In this document: in pieces, positions 20,194 to 30,775 of the stretch
Layout of the letters: each line of letters opens with the position of its first letter
How positions within the stretch are numbered: the first letter of the stretch is position 1
From: Myxococcota bacterium
Lineage (GTDB): Bacteria > Myxococcota_A > UBA9160 > UBA6930
Assembly (NCBI GenBank): GCA_965223415.1
Contig: OZ245002.1
Location: 5,376,001-5,440,000, forward strand
Length of the DNA: 64,000 bases
Reading direction: 5' to 3'
Program-made: the position numbers and the translations under genes
Notes under the pieces: model-generated
Seen by the model: only the letters and a program-made list of their open reading frames with translations
Databases searched by the model: none
Told to the model about the DNA's origin: nothing

Positions 20194-21413
20194 ATCGTTT
20201 ACACCTCTCAGACTCCGGTGATCTTCCTGCTGCGCTCGTCGATGCGGCCCAGGATCGTCTCGTAGTAGACGATGCTCCAGATGCCGTCGCCGATCTCTTC
20301 AAGTCCGATGTACTCATCGGCCAGTGCGTTGCTCAGGAAGGGCTGCTTCGCCTTCAGCCGAAACGTCCCGGCCCGGCTCACGCGGCGCACTTCCATCTGC
20401 GCAGGGTACTCCGGCGGCGAGAGGCGACTGGGGTACGGCCGCGGCGAGGGCTCGTAGCGCTCCTCGGGAAACGCTCCACCGAGTGCTTCGTGCGGCCGCT
20501 CCTCGTTGTAGCGTCGACGAAAGGCCTCGAGCATCCGCTGCTGGACGTTGAGGTTCGCGCCAGGCGGGCGGGTCGCCTCGCGTTTGAGGTCCTTGTGCAT
20601 CCTCTCGTGCTGCCCGTTCTGTTGGGGGCTCGAAGGACGGATGCGCTGGTGCAAGATGCCGAGCTTCATCCACCACACGTTGAGTTCGCACAGGCCGTGG
20701 ATCCCGGTCGATGCGAAGGGGGCACCGTTGTCGGTGCGAATCGCCTCGGGAAGTCCGACCTCGCGAAAGAGCTCCCGAAACAGCGGCTTCACGCCCTCGG
20801 TGCGAATCGAGTGCAGCCCGCGGCACATCAGGAGCTTGCGGCTGCAGTGGTCGGTCACGGTCAGCGGGTAGCAGTAGCGACCGTTGCGCATCTTGAATTG
20901 GCCCTTGAAGTCCGCGGGCCACACCTGGTTCGGGTGGTCGGTCGACAGCGACGCAGCGCCGGGATGCGACCACTTCTTCCGACGTCGGTTCTTGCGCAGC
21001 TTGCCGTGGCGATCGAGGATCGCGTTCACCGTGCTTCGCGCGGGCCTCTGCATCTTCGGGTACCGGCGCTCGAGCACCTGCAAGATCTTCTTCGCACCCC
21101 AGCCGTACTCGGCGCGAAGGGCCAGGATCTTGCGCTCCACGCTCGCTGGCGTCCTGTGCGGGCAGCGAGCCGGCGCACGGGACCTCTCCTCCAGGCCGGC
21201 CTCCCCCTCCGACTCGAAGCGCCCGAGCCACTTGTAGCCTGTGGGCCGGGAGACACGATACCGCCGACACAGCTCGCTCATCGACCACTGACCGCTCTCG
21301 TAGTCGCGAACGAACGCCTGCCGCTGCTTCCTTGCATCCGTTTCCATCCAGGGCATCCCCCGGGTGTAAACGATGTCCCTGGACTCCTGTAAAGGATGTG
21401 GCCGGACCGTACC
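20156..21413 (-). mobile_element. IS481 family element, copy 1 (about 1258 bp)
   Basis: IRs CGGTCCGGC...ATCCTTTAC; near-identical to 49813-53737. Confidence 0.88.
20208..21356 (-). CDS. IS481 family transposase
   Basis: MPWMET, WPADFKG, IRTDNG, QNGQHERMH. Confidence 0.93.
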   Translation of the reverse strand: MPWMETDARKQRQAFVRDYESGQWSMSELCRRYRVSRPTGYKWLGRFESEGEAGLEERSRAPARCPHRTPASVERKILALRAEYGWGAKKILQVLERRYPKMQRPARSTVNAILDRHGKLRKNRRRKKWSHPGAASLSTDHPNQVWPADFKGQFKMRNGRYCYPLTVTDHCSRKLLMCRGLHSIRTEGVKPLFRELFREVGLPEAIRTDNGAPFASTGIHGLCELNVWWMKLGILHQRIRPSSPQQNGQHERMHKDLKREATRPPGANLNVQQRMLEAFRRRYNEERPHEALGGAFPEERYEPSPRPYPSRLSPPEYPAQMEVRRVSRAGTFRLKAKQPFLSNALADEYIGLEEIGDGIWSIVYYETILGRIDERSRKITGV

Positions 21414-21426
21414 ATCGATAGCCTAA

Positions 21427-21528
21427 CAGGCTGCTGAAATTCGGCGCTGAGAGGCGCCAGAACGCCAGAGGGCGCGGGTACCCGCGGCCCGCTCGGCTCG
21501 CTCTTCCTTCCCGGAAGCGATCCGGGGT
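21427..21528 (-). mobile_element. Solo end of the IS5-family element
   Basis: About 100 bp near-identical to 48529-48630. Confidence 0.8.
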
Positions 21529-21639
21529 TGTGTGTTCTCAGAACTTGGTCCACGCTGCTCTCCCGAAGCTCCGACCCGCCAGCTTACCGTGGGGCCCGTG
21601 AGCCTCGACAGCGTTGTGTCTGACCACAGGATCACGCAG

Positions 21640-22233
21640 GCTCGCCGCCGCTGTGAGGATCCTGCTCTCGTTCCTGCGGAATCACCGAGGTGGCATCGCG
21701 GCGATGGACTTCTTCGTCGTCCCGACCGTGCGCTTCCAGCTCTTGTAGGCTTGGTTCGTCCTCGACCACGGCCGGAGACGAGTCATCCATTTCAACGTCA
21801 TGACGATCCCACGGCAGCCTGGGTGATCCAGCAGCTCCGGGAGGCCTTCCCATCGGACAGCGCCCTTCCCTTTCTGCTCTACGACCGCGACTCGATCTTC
21901 TCGGCCGAGGTCACCGACACGATCCGGAGCCTCGGCATGGAGCCTGTCCGAACGGCGTACCGGAGCCCGTGGCAGAACCCGTTCGCCGAGCGGTGCATCG
22001 GGACCTGCCGGCGCGAGCTGCTCGACCACGTGGTCGTTCTCAGCGAACGGCATCTCCGGCGACTGCTCGCCGACTTCGTCGAGTACGACAACGCCGATCG
22101 CGTTCACACGCGCTTGGAGGACTCACCCGATGGACGCCCCTGCGAGGCCCGGATCTCGCCGAGCACAACGCTCGTCGCGCTCCCTCGCATCGGCGGTCTT
22201 CACCATCGATACGCGTGGAGCCCAGCGGCGTGA
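21640..22233 (+). pseudogene. Integrase-core (rve) transposase remnant
   Basis: IAAMDFFVVPT, then stop and frameshift, then DRDSIF and SPWQNPFAER.IGT.RRE. Confidence 0.8.
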
Positions 22234-22332
22234 TTGCGCGGTGCTCGGCCCAGGGATGCCCGCGATGAGTTCTGAGAACAGACAACCGCAGTCGAACCTG
22301 CTCGCCGGGCGTACCGCGCGTGGTCAGCGCCA

Positions 22333-23112
22333 CTAGCGGATCGACTTGCCGCCGTCGATAACCAGCTCCGCCCCGGTGACGAAGCTACTCTCGTCGCTAG
22401 CCAGCCAGACGATCCCGGCAGCGATCTCCTGCAGCGTGCCGAGCCTTCCGAGCGGAACGGTCTGATCAGCGTACTTGTCGAGGATCGCTTCGCGGGATAC
22501 CTGCGATCCCGGTGCGATGCCCAGAAGCGTGTCCCAGATCGCCGTGTCGACGGGCCCCGGGTGGACCGAGTTGACACGCACACCGTCACGCGCATCTGCG
22601 CACTCCAGGGCGACGGACTTCGTGAAGAGCCGCACGGCGCCTTTCGACGCGCAGTACGCGGATGCGTTGGGAGAAGCCGTGATCCCAGCGATCGACGAGA
22701 CGTTCACGATGCTCCCTCCGCCGCTCGCACGCATCAGCGGCAGTCCGTGCTTCACGCCCAGGAAGACCCCGTCCACGTTCACGCGCATGAGGCGCTGCCA
22801 CTCCGAGAACGACGTATCGACCACGGGCCCCGAGAGGCCGATCCCCGCGTTGTTGACGAGGACGTCCAAGCGACCGAACCGCTCCTCGACGATGCCCACG
22901 ACGGAGCGCCAGTCCGACTCGCTCGTGACGTCGTGCGTCAGGAACGAGATGCTGCCGCCCGCGTCACCGAGGGCCCGCTTCCCTCCCTCGGCGTCGATAT
23001 CGGTCGCGACGAGGGAAGCGCCTTCGCGCAGACACGCCTCCGCAGCACTTCGGCCGATGCCGCTCGCTGCCCCCGTGATCAACGTGATCTTTCCCGCCAG
23101 CCGATCCGCCAC
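22333..23112 (-). CDS. SDR family oxidoreductase (hydroxysteroid dehydrogenase-like)
   Basis: TGAASGIG, VNNAG, YCASK, VNSVHPG. Confidence 0.9.
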   Translation of the reverse strand: MADRLAGKITLITGAASGIGRSAAEACLREGASLVATDIDAEGGKRALGDAGGSISFLTHDVTSESDWRSVVGIVEERFGRLDVLVNNAGIGLSGPVVDTSFSEWQRLMRVNVDGVFLGVKHGLPLMRASGGGSIVNVSSIAGITASPNASAYCASKGAVRLFTKSVALECADARDGVRVNSVHPGPVDTAIWDTLLGIAPGSQVSREAILDKYADQTVPLGRLGTLQEIAAGIVWLASDESSFVTGAELVIDGGKSIR

Positions 23113-23149
23113 TCCGTTCCTCTCCCGGGTTGCCTCTGCGAACGCCACT

Positions 23150-24733
23150 CTATCCGAGCCGGAAGCCCTCGTACCCATTGTCTGCGATCCTGGCACAGCG
23201 GTGCCGATAGCCCTGCCCGACGTAAGGCATGAACACGCGGGGCTTTCCGTCGACGTTCGTCCCCACGTACCAGGAGTCCGTCGTCGGTATGAGCGTACGA
23301 TGGCCGACCTCGGAAACGTGCTCCGCCCACGCGTCCTGAGCCTCCTCATCGGCCTCGACCGTCGAGAGCCCGCGCCGATCGAGGTACTCGATGCATCCCA
23401 TCATCCAGTCCACGTGGTGCTCGTCGTTGTGGAGGACGTTCCCGATCACGGAGGGGCTGCCGGGACCGGTCAGCACGAACATGTTGGGGAAGCCAGCCAC
23501 GGCGATTCCGAGATACGCGCGCGGCCCATCCCTCCACGCGTCCGCCAGGGAGACTCCGCTCCGCCCGCGGATGTCGATGCCGAGTAGCGCGCCCGTCATC
23601 GCGTCGAATCCGGTCGCGAGCACGAGCGCGTCGATCTCGTAGTCGTTCGCGGTGGTCCGCAACGCGTCTCGTGCCAGGCACTCGATCGGCTCCTTGCGGA
23701 GATCGACGAGCGTGACGTTCGGTCGATTGAACGTCTCGTAGTAGCCCGTGTCGAGGCAGATCCGTTTCGCGCCCAGCGGGTAGCGGGGACACAGCACCTC
23801 GGCCGTCGCGGGATCCTCCACCACCTGCCGGATCTTCTCGCGAAGGAACTCGCAAGCCACCTGGTTCACTTCCCGACTCGTGAGCATGTTGGGGTACGCG
23901 AGGAGGATCGCGCCTCCGCCCCGCTGCCAGAACGCCTCGTAGTGCTCGAGCTGTTCTTCCCGCGGCGGGACGGGCGCTTCGAACGCATCCGCGCTCACCC
24001 GCCCTGAGCGCTCGGAGTCGAGTCCCGCCAGATAGAGCGGAAAGTCGGCCTCGAATGCCTCGAGGTCTTCCTCGGTAAGCGGTCGATTCCGGGCCGGGAC
24101 GGAGTAGCAGGGGGTCCTCTGGAAGACCGTCAGGCGATCGGCCTCTCGGGCGACCATCGGAATCGTCTGCACTCCCGAGGACCCCGTGCCGATGACGCCG
24201 ACCCTGAGCCCCGCGAAGTCGACGGGCTCGTGCGGCCAGCGACCCGTGTGATAGATCGGTCCCGCGAAGCTCTCGAGATCCGGGAAATCGGGCTCGCTCG
24301 GCACGGATAGGCAACCGGTGGCCATCACGCAGAAGCGCGCACGAAGCGCCTCACCGCGGTCCGTGCGCACGAGCCAGGTCTCGTCGTCGTCGAACGCGGC
24401 CGACGTGACGCGTGTCTCGAAACGCACGAGGTTCCGCAGTCCCAGGCGTTCCGCCGCGAACCGGGCGTAGGCGAGAATCTCAGGCTGACCGGCATAGAGC
24501 TCGGTCCAGCGCCATTCGCTCCGCAGCTCCGGCGACCAGCTGTAGGAGTAGTAGAGGCTGGGCCAATCGCAGCGGCACCCGGGGTACCGGTTCCAGTACC
24601 ACGTGCCCCCCACGTCGGGAGCCGCCTCGACGCCGACCACCGAAAGCCCCTGCTCCCTCAGCCGGTGCAGCGCGTAGAGGCCTCCGAAGCCCGCCCCCAC
24701 CACTACGGCATCGAATCGCTCCTCTCCGGCCAT
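23150..24733 (-). CDS. Baeyer-Villiger monooxygenase
   Basis: GAGFGG, GGTWYWNRYPG, FAGPIYHTGRWP, GTGSSG. Confidence 0.93.
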   Translation of the reverse strand: MAGEERFDAVVVGAGFGGLYALHRLREQGLSVVGVEAAPDVGGTWYWNRYPGCRCDWPSLYYSYSWSPELRSEWRWTELYAGQPEILAYARFAAERLGLRNLVRFETRVTSAAFDDDETWLVRTDRGEALRARFCVMATGCLSVPSEPDFPDLESFAGPIYHTGRWPHEPVDFAGLRVGVIGTGSSGVQTIPMVAREADRLTVFQRTPCYSVPARNRPLTEEDLEAFEADFPLYLAGLDSERSGRVSADAFEAPVPPREEQLEHYEAFWQRGGGAILLAYPNMLTSREVNQVACEFLREKIRQVVEDPATAEVLCPRYPLGAKRICLDTGYYETFNRPNVTLVDLRKEPIECLARDALRTTANDYEIDALVLATGFDAMTGALLGIDIRGRSGVSLADAWRDGPRAYLGIAVAGFPNMFVLTGPGSPSVIGNVLHNDEHHVDWMMGCIEYLDRRGLSTVEADEEAQDAWAEHVSEVGHRTLIPTTDSWYVGTNVDGKPRVFMPYVGQGYRHRCARIADNGYEGFRLG

Positions 24734-24799
24734 CGCTATTCCTCCCGTCCCCGAGTCGCCGCCACTCTGGCTCGCTGGGGCCGCACGGATGCTCGGGAC

Positions 24800-25358
24800 A
24801 TCGCGGACGGCGTGACGAGCACCGCTTCGAGGGGGCCGAGCGTCCCGATCGCCTGGGTGTGGAGCCAGAACTGATAGATCGTATTGAAGGATGCACAGGC
24901 CAGGAACACCAGCCGGGGAAACCCGAGCAGCGCCAACGGCCAGTAGAAGATCGACCCGAAGAACGGCTGGAGGGTGCTCTGACGGAGCGCTACCGCGAGG
25001 TTGTAGTCCTCGCTCTGATGGTGAACCACGTGTGCGGCCCACAGGAAGTTCACCTCGTGGCTCAGGCGATGGAACCAGTAGTACCCGAAATCACCCCGAG
25101 GAAGCACGCAAACCAGGTCCAAGCACTGCCGGTCGAGAGATCGGCGAGTCGGAGATTCGCGTAGATCGCGAAGTAGCCCGCGACGATCAGGCCCCTCGAA
25201 GGCAGCATGGTGAGCTGCATCAGAAGCCCCGTACTGACATCGTTGATCGCGTCGTTGAGCCGGTAGTAGTCTCTGCCGCGGCGGCGTGCGAGCCATATCT
25301 CGACGCCGCTCAGCGCGAAGTAGGCGGGCCCTGCCAGCGCGGTGTAGCTGGGCTCCAT
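24800..25358 (-). pseudogene. Sterol desaturase / alkylglycerol monooxygenase-like, frameshifted and truncated
   Basis: YYWFHRLSH and HVVHH boxes; N-terminus in another frame; ends at VTPS before the last His box. Confidence 0.75.
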
Positions 25359-25361
25359 GAC

Positions 25362-26450
25362 TCAAGGTCTGGCAACTTCGGGAACAGGACCGAGCGCCGC
25401 GAACTCCGCGAGAATGCGGTTACCGCCCGTGCGGGCGGATAGCTCGTCGCGAATCTGTCGCATGCGGTGGGCGTTCTGGCGCTGGCGCGCGGGCCCCCTC
25501 TGCCGCTCGAGCGCGCGTTCCAACACCGCATCGACGACCTCGCGACCCGAGACGGGCTTACCGGGTCGGTCGAGCAGCGTCCGGCAGGCGACCTCCGCGA
25601 GCACGCAGTCGAGCTGGTCGACGTGGATGTTCTCGTCCTCCTGGATGCAGCTCACGATGAAGGGCGCCCACTCGGGGCTGGCGGAGCCCGTGGGATCCGA
25701 GAGGACGTCCCGCGCCCAGGCGAAGGTGGCGTAGGCCCCGTGCTCGATGAGGAGAAGCTGCGCGAGACCCGAGAGCAGGATCTCGAATCCGCCGTCGAGG
25801 TCGGGGAAGAGGGGCCGGTAGCCACCGCCGTGAGCCGCGCGCATCGCGTCCGGGGACGCCACTGCCCTCCCTTCGTAGCCAGGAGGTGGGACGAAGGGCA
25901 GGTTCTCATACATGTCGGGCGTGATCTCAGGATCTTCCAGGGCGGCGTCGCGGATCGCGTACCACATGCGGTCGTGGCCAGCTTCGTCTCCGCGGCCGGC
26001 TTCGTCGTTGCCGTGCGCCTCGAGCAGCCCCGTGTAGAGATGGTCTAGGCAGGTCCCCTCGACGGAGTCGGCGAAGAGAGGCTGGAGATCGGGCCGGGGC
26101 ATGGCCCGGATGCCGGCGTTCCCGAAGCCCTCGACGATCCCGATCATCGTCAGGATTCGCGTCATCGCCCCCTTGGCTCCGTGTCGCAGCAAGAGCTTGG
26201 CCTGTGGCGCGTTGGGGAAGTGCTCGAGGGCGAGCTGCTCGCGCGCCACCACGCGCGACGGGTAGCCCTCGCTCTCCAGGCGTTCGCGCCAGACGCGGAT
26301 GGCGTCCAGGCGGTGGAGGCTGCGCGGCGGGATGTAGCGTCCGTCTCCGTCGAGGCCGCCGTGGAAGCGGACACCTCCACGGCCAAGGCGCGAGGCATAG
26401 GCGCGCTCGGCCATGAGCTCGTCGTAGCTATAGCGGAGTTTGTCGCTCAC
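25362..26450 (-). CDS. Hypothetical protein, possible ferritin-like diiron fold
   Basis: EAH..DE.G...EAGH, LLIE and DENIH motifs. Confidence 0.6.
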   Translation of the reverse strand: MSDKLRYSYDELMAERAYASRLGRGGVRFHGGLDGDGRYIPPRSLHRLDAIRVWRERLESEGYPSRVVAREQLALEHFPNAPQAKLLLRHGAKGAMTRILTMIGIVEGFGNAGIRAMPRPDLQPLFADSVEGTCLDHLYTGLLEAHGNDEAGRGDEAGHDRMWYAIRDAALEDPEITPDMYENLPFVPPPGYEGRAVASPDAMRAAHGGGYRPLFPDLDGGFEILLSGLAQLLLIEHGAYATFAWARDVLSDPTGSASPEWAPFIVSCIQEDENIHVDQLDCVLAEVACRTLLDRPGKPVSGREVVDAVLERALERQRGPARQRQNAHRMRQIRDELSARTGGNRILAEFAALGPVPEVARP

Positions 26451-27112
26451 TCACCTACCTCCTCGTCAAACGTCGCTGAGCCCTCGTTCGACGCGAGGGA
26501 TGCGACCACGGCAGGCCAGGCGTCGGGCCTCATCACACCGAAGAGCACGAAGCGCGTGAGCTCTCGGATGAACCGCTCGGTGAGGGCGTGCACCTGTGCG
26601 TCGTCTTCTGCGAGCGCACGCACACGGAGCGACCAGACGTGCGCCGCCGCGGTCAGAATGTGTCCGAGCATCTCGGGATCGATTCCGTCCTGCGTGCGCG
26701 GACTGTCCGCCAGGCTGCGAAGCTCTCGCACGTAGCGGCTCCAGCCCTCGTCGTGCGGCATCGGGATCTCGTGGAGCGTCTGGAACATCCAGAGGCGCGA
26801 GATCTCGGGGTGCTCCACGAAGAAGCGCACCATCTCGCCGAGGCGTTCGCCGGAGGGAACGTCCTGCGTCAGCAACAGACTCACCTCGTCGGAGAGCTCG
26901 GCCATCACGGCGCCGATCAGCTCTTCCCGCGTGCGGTAGTGCTGGTACGCCGTCGTGCGGTTGACGCCAGCGCGGTGGGCGACCTCAGACACGCTGAGAG
27001 CTTCGGGACCGCGCTCGGCCAGGACGGCCCGGGCCGCCTTCAGGATGGCAGCCGCGGTGGCAGCCGGACCGCCCTCGGGACGGGCGGGCGGCGGCGAGGG
27101 CTCCTTGACCAT
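26447..27112 (-). CDS. TetR/AcrR regulator
   Basis: ILKAA..L...G....SV.EVA.RAGVNRTTAYQHY. Confidence 0.9.
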   Translation of the reverse strand: MVKEPSPPPARPEGGPAATAAAILKAARAVLAERGPEALSVSEVAHRAGVNRTTAYQHYRTREELIGAVMAELSDEVSLLLTQDVPSGERLGEMVRFFVEHPEISRLWMFQTLHEIPMPHDEGWSRYVRELRSLADSPRTQDGIDPEMLGHILTAAAHVWSLRVRALAEDDAQVHALTERFIRELTRFVLFGVMRPDAWPAVVASLASNEGSATFDEEVGE

Positions 27113-27198
27113 GCCGAGAGGATGCAGCGCCGGACGAGGTGAGTCAACAACGTTGTTGTCTCTCCGTGTGATAGGCTCTCTGGCTCAAGGGAGCACAC

Positions 27199-28374
27199 GT
27201 GGCTTTTCTGGGCGGCCGGTACGCCATCGCAGGGGTCGGAGAGACCGATTGGTCGCCGGAGTCGGGCCGAACGCCGCTGACCCTCGGACTCCAAGCCGCC
27301 CGGCAGGCCCTGGCCGACGCAGGGCTGCGTCCGCAGGACCTGGATGGGTTCCTCTCATACGCGGAAGCCGACTCGGCTGACGGGCTCCATCTCGCCTCGG
27401 GCCTGGGGGCCCAGCCGAGCTACTCAGCGGAGATCGTGGGCGGTGGCTCCTCGGCCGAGTTTCTCGTCGCCACCGCCGCGGCCGCCATCGAGGCCGGACT
27501 CTGCTCGACGGTGCTCTGTTACCGGGCCATGAACGGTCGATCAGGACGACGCTTTGGAACCCAGGCGGACGGCGGCTTCAGCTTCGAGCAGATCTATCCC
27601 TTCTCGGGCTTCTTCTCCGCTCACGGCATCACGACACCCGCGCAGTACTACGCCCTGATCGCTCGCCGCCACATGCACGAGTACGGGACGACGACGGAGC
27701 AGCTCGGGGCCGTGGCCCTCGCGTTCCGGGGGCACGCGTGCCGCAATCCGCGGGCGATGATGCACGAGCGGCCTCTCACGATGGCGGACTACCTCGCCGC
27801 TCCCCTCGTTGCGGATCCGTTCCGTGTCCTCGACTGCTGCCTCGAGAGCGATGGGGCCGCGGCCTGCATCGTGACCTCGCTCGAACGGGCGCGCGACTGC
27901 CGGTCCCGCCCCGTACGCATCCTCGGTGCCGTCGCCCGGGCGGGAGGCCAGGGCATCTACCACTACGGGCTTCCGGCGATCACGGAGGCTGCCGGCCGCC
28001 ACGTCGCGCCCCGGCTGTTCGGGATGGCCGGCCTCCGACCGAGCGATGTCGACGTCGCGGGCATCTACGACTGCTTCACCTTCGTCGTCCTGCTCCAGCT
28101 CGAGGACTTTGGCTTCTGTAAGAAGGGCGAGGGTGGGTGCTTCGCGGAGGGTGGCCGGCTCGCAGTTGGGGGCGAGCTGCCGTGCAACACGGCGGGGGGC
28201 CAGCTCTCCGAGGCCTACACCCACGGGATGAACAACCTGATGGAGGTCGTGCGCCAGCTGCGCGGCGAGTACGCAGGCGGCGAGCGTCAGGTAGCGCACG
28301 CGGAGGTCGGGCTCTGCACGGGCTGGGGCGGACCCGAAGTGGCGTCCGGACTTCTGTTGGGAGATGGAGCGTGA
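27199..28374 (+). CDS. Thiolase-like protein (SCP-x/Ltp2 type)
   Basis: AIAGVGET, DCCLESDG, YDCFT, NTAGGQLSEAY. Confidence 0.9.
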   Translation: MAFLGGRYAIAGVGETDWSPESGRTPLTLGLQAARQALADAGLRPQDLDGFLSYAEADSADGLHLASGLGAQPSYSAEIVGGGSSAEFLVATAAAAIEAGLCSTVLCYRAMNGRSGRRFGTQADGGFSFEQIYPFSGFFSAHGITTPAQYYALIARRHMHEYGTTTEQLGAVALAFRGHACRNPRAMMHERPLTMADYLAAPLVADPFRVLDCCLESDGAAACIVTSLERARDCRSRPVRILGAVARAGGQGIYHYGLPAITEAAGRHVAPRLFGMAGLRPSDVDVAGIYDCFTFVVLLQLEDFGFCKKGEGGCFAEGGRLAVGGELPCNTAGGQLSEAYTHGMNNLMEVVRQLRGEYAGGERQVAHAEVGLCTGWGGPEVASGLLLGDGA

Positions 28375-28379
28375 GCACG

Positions 28380-28838
28380 ATGCCCCGTCCCCTCCCCTGC
28401 CCGGACCCGGATACCCGTCCGTTCTGGGAGGCCTGCCGGCGGCGCGAGCTGAGTCTGCAGCGGTGTGTCAGCTGCGAGGCGTTCCGGTTCTATCCGGAGC
28501 CGGTCTGCCCGGCGTGCGGCTCGCCCGAGAGCCGGTGGCAGCGCATCAGTGGGCGCGGCGAGGTCTACAGCTACGTCGTCGTCCATCGCGCGTCGCATCC
28601 GGCCTACGCTGACGACGTCCCGTACGCGGTCGCGCTGGTCGAGCTCGAAGGAACCGGCGGAATCCGCCTTCCCGCGCGCGTCGTGGAGTGCCCTCCCGAG
28701 CGGGTGGGAGTCGGAATGGCGGTGGAGGTGTGCTTCGAGGACGCGAGTGACGAGATCACGCTTGCCGTCTTCCGCCCGGTCGACTCTCCGGGGGGCGAAC
28801 ACCCGATTCGACGTCGCGACCGAGGCGCCGATGCCTGA
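28380..28838 (+). CDS. DUF35 Zn-ribbon/OB-fold protein (ChsH2-like)
   Basis: PFWEA, CxxC..CPAC, GEVYSYVV, PYAVALVEL. Confidence 0.9.
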   Translation: MPRPLPCPDPDTRPFWEACRRRELSLQRCVSCEAFRFYPEPVCPACGSPESRWQRISGRGEVYSYVVVHRASHPAYADDVPYAVALVELEGTGGIRLPARVVECPPERVGVGMAVEVCFEDASDEITLAVFRPVDSPGGEHPIRRRDRGADA

Positions 28839-29949
28839 CCTGGGGTTCTTCGACCGGGCGGTCCGCCAGCGGGAGCGACAGCGCTGGTTCGAAGATCCGC
28901 CGCCGGGTCCACTCGACGGGCGCGATCCCGAGCCTATCCCCGGCGGCCCGAGCCGGCTCGTCGTCGCCCGGGGCGACGACTCCCTGGACGCCTCCGGCGC
29001 GCCGCGCGGGGATGTCATCCGCTCGGTGCTCGCTCGCGGCCTCTCCGGGCTCACCGGGGAGCCCGATGAGCGGAGCGCGTGGGCCTCGCTCCTCTCTGAG
29101 CTTCGCCCGGGCCACATCGTCGGGATCAAGCTCAACACGGTTGCCGTCCATCTCGCCCCACACCGGGTGGTGGTCGACGCACTGGTCGCAAGCTTGGCCG
29201 AGGTGGGTGTCCAGCGCCGCGACATCGTTATCTGGGACAACCTGGGCCACCTCGGTCCGATGCGGATGCGTTTCTACGGAGATCTCGAGAAGCCCGAAGG
29301 CGCCTACTACCAGGGAATGGCGCGGGCGGGCTTCGTGCCTGACTCCCGTGCCGCTCCTCGCCTGCTATGCACCGTTCCCCGGCCCGTCGGCCTGGGCTAC
29401 GCCCGCAGCGTCCGCGCGGCAATCCCCTCGAAGGGGCTGCGGCTGCCAGTCTCGAAGATCCTCACGCGCGTTTGCGATCACATCATCAACCTGCCGGTAC
29501 CGAAGGATCACCGCATTACGGGCGTCACCTGCGCGCTCAAGAACTTCTACGGCTGCGTCCCGCTCTGGGATACGTTTCGACCCACTCACGCCGACCGCAT
29601 GCACGCGAGCCGCGGCGACCCGCAGATCGCCGAGCTGTACGCCAACCCGTGCATCTCGGGAAAGGTCCGACTTCATCTCTGCGACGCCTTGCGTGCGATC
29701 TACGACGGCGGAGCCTGGGGCGAGCCGCAGCTCGAGCCACGGAGTCTCTTGCTCGCCGCGGATCCGGTGGCCCTCGACGCGTACATGCTCGCGTTGGTCG
29801 ACGGTGGGCGAAGGGCGCAGGGCATCGAGCGAGTGGCCCGGCGGGCACGCTACATCGAGTCCGCCGCGCGCCTGGGCCCGGGCACGAACGACCCGGCCTC
29901 GATCGACCTCGTCGATGCGTTCGGGAAGTCGATTGCATGGCCGAGCTGA
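28831..29949 (+). CDS. DUF362 domain protein
   Basis: VGIKLN, INLPVPKDH, TCALKN, DPVALD. Confidence 0.8.
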   Translation: MPDLGFFDRAVRQRERQRWFEDPPPGPLDGRDPEPIPGGPSRLVVARGDDSLDASGAPRGDVIRSVLARGLSGLTGEPDERSAWASLLSELRPGHIVGIKLNTVAVHLAPHRVVVDALVASLAEVGVQRRDIVIWDNLGHLGPMRMRFYGDLEKPEGAYYQGMARAGFVPDSRAAPRLLCTVPRPVGLGYARSVRAAIPSKGLRLPVSKILTRVCDHIINLPVPKDHRITGVTCALKNFYGCVPLWDTFRPTHADRMHASRGDPQIAELYANPCISGKVRLHLCDALRAIYDGGAWGEPQLEPRSLLLAADPVALDAYMLALVDGGRRAQGIERVARRARYIESAARLGPGTNDPASIDLVDAFGKSIAWPS

Positions 29950-30764
29950 AGCCGCGCGACGGTTGGCTCGACGACCGGCTTCACTGGCTCGAGTGGGGAC
30001 CTCCGGAGGCGCCCCCAGTCCTTCTGGTGCACGGGATCACTGGGAACGCCCGCGACTGGCAGGTTCTTGCCACTACCGCCGCCCTGACACATCGGATCGT
30101 GGCACTCGACCTCCGCGGGCACGGCGAGAGTGCATGGGCCGAGGGTGAGACTTACGAACACCTCGACTACATCGCGGACCTGCTGGCAATGATCGAACGG
30201 ATTGGCGCGCCAGTCACCCTCATCGGTCATTCGATCGGAGGCCATGTCTGCCTCGTCCTGGCGGCGCTCAAGCCAGACCTCGTCGCGTCGCTCGTCCTGG
30301 TGGACATCGAAGCGTTCCCGCCGCGCGAACAGCCCGAAAAGCTGCGACGCTTGGGGACACGTTCCCATCCCGTCTTCGAGGATCTCGACGCGGTCGTCCG
30401 GCAGATCCGGGAGCGTCACCCCCATGTGCCAGACGAACTCGCGCGAGCCAAGGCGATCCACGATACACTCGGGCAGCCCGACGGGACTCGCGTCTACCGC
30501 TTCGATCGAGGGGTGCTCCGCAGAGTAACGGCTCCGGACGCCCGCCCGTACCTTCCCAGGATCGGCTGCCCCGTACTCCTGGTGAGGGGCAATGAGAGCT
30601 CCGTCATGCGTGCCGCGGCCGCTAGGCAGATGGCGGAGGCGCTTCCCGACGCGTCGCTCATCGAGGTCCCCTCCGCCGGCCATTGGCCGCAGCTCGAGAA
30701 TGCGGAAGCCTTCACTCTCGCAGTGACAACGTTTCTTCTGGGCCGGCGCGCGGGCCCGAGCTAG
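29937..30764 (+). CDS. Alpha/beta hydrolase
   Basis: LVHG, DLRGHGES, GHSIGG, AGH. Confidence 0.9.
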   Translation: MAELKPRDGWLDDRLHWLEWGPPEAPPVLLVHGITGNARDWQVLATTAALTHRIVALDLRGHGESAWAEGETYEHLDYIADLLAMIERIGAPVTLIGHSIGGHVCLVLAALKPDLVASLVLVDIEAFPPREQPEKLRRLGTRSHPVFEDLDAVVRQIRERHPHVPDELARAKAIHDTLGQPDGTRVYRFDRGVLRRVTAPDARPYLPRIGCPVLLVRGNESSVMRAAAARQMAEALPDASLIEVPSAGHWPQLENAEAFTLAVTTFLLGRRAGPS

Positions 30765-30775
30765 TGGGAGACGGA

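Noticed and set aside
21532..22233. Integrase responsible for the array
   Set aside because: It is a broken DDE/rve transposase remnant, not a tyrosine or serine site-specific integrase.
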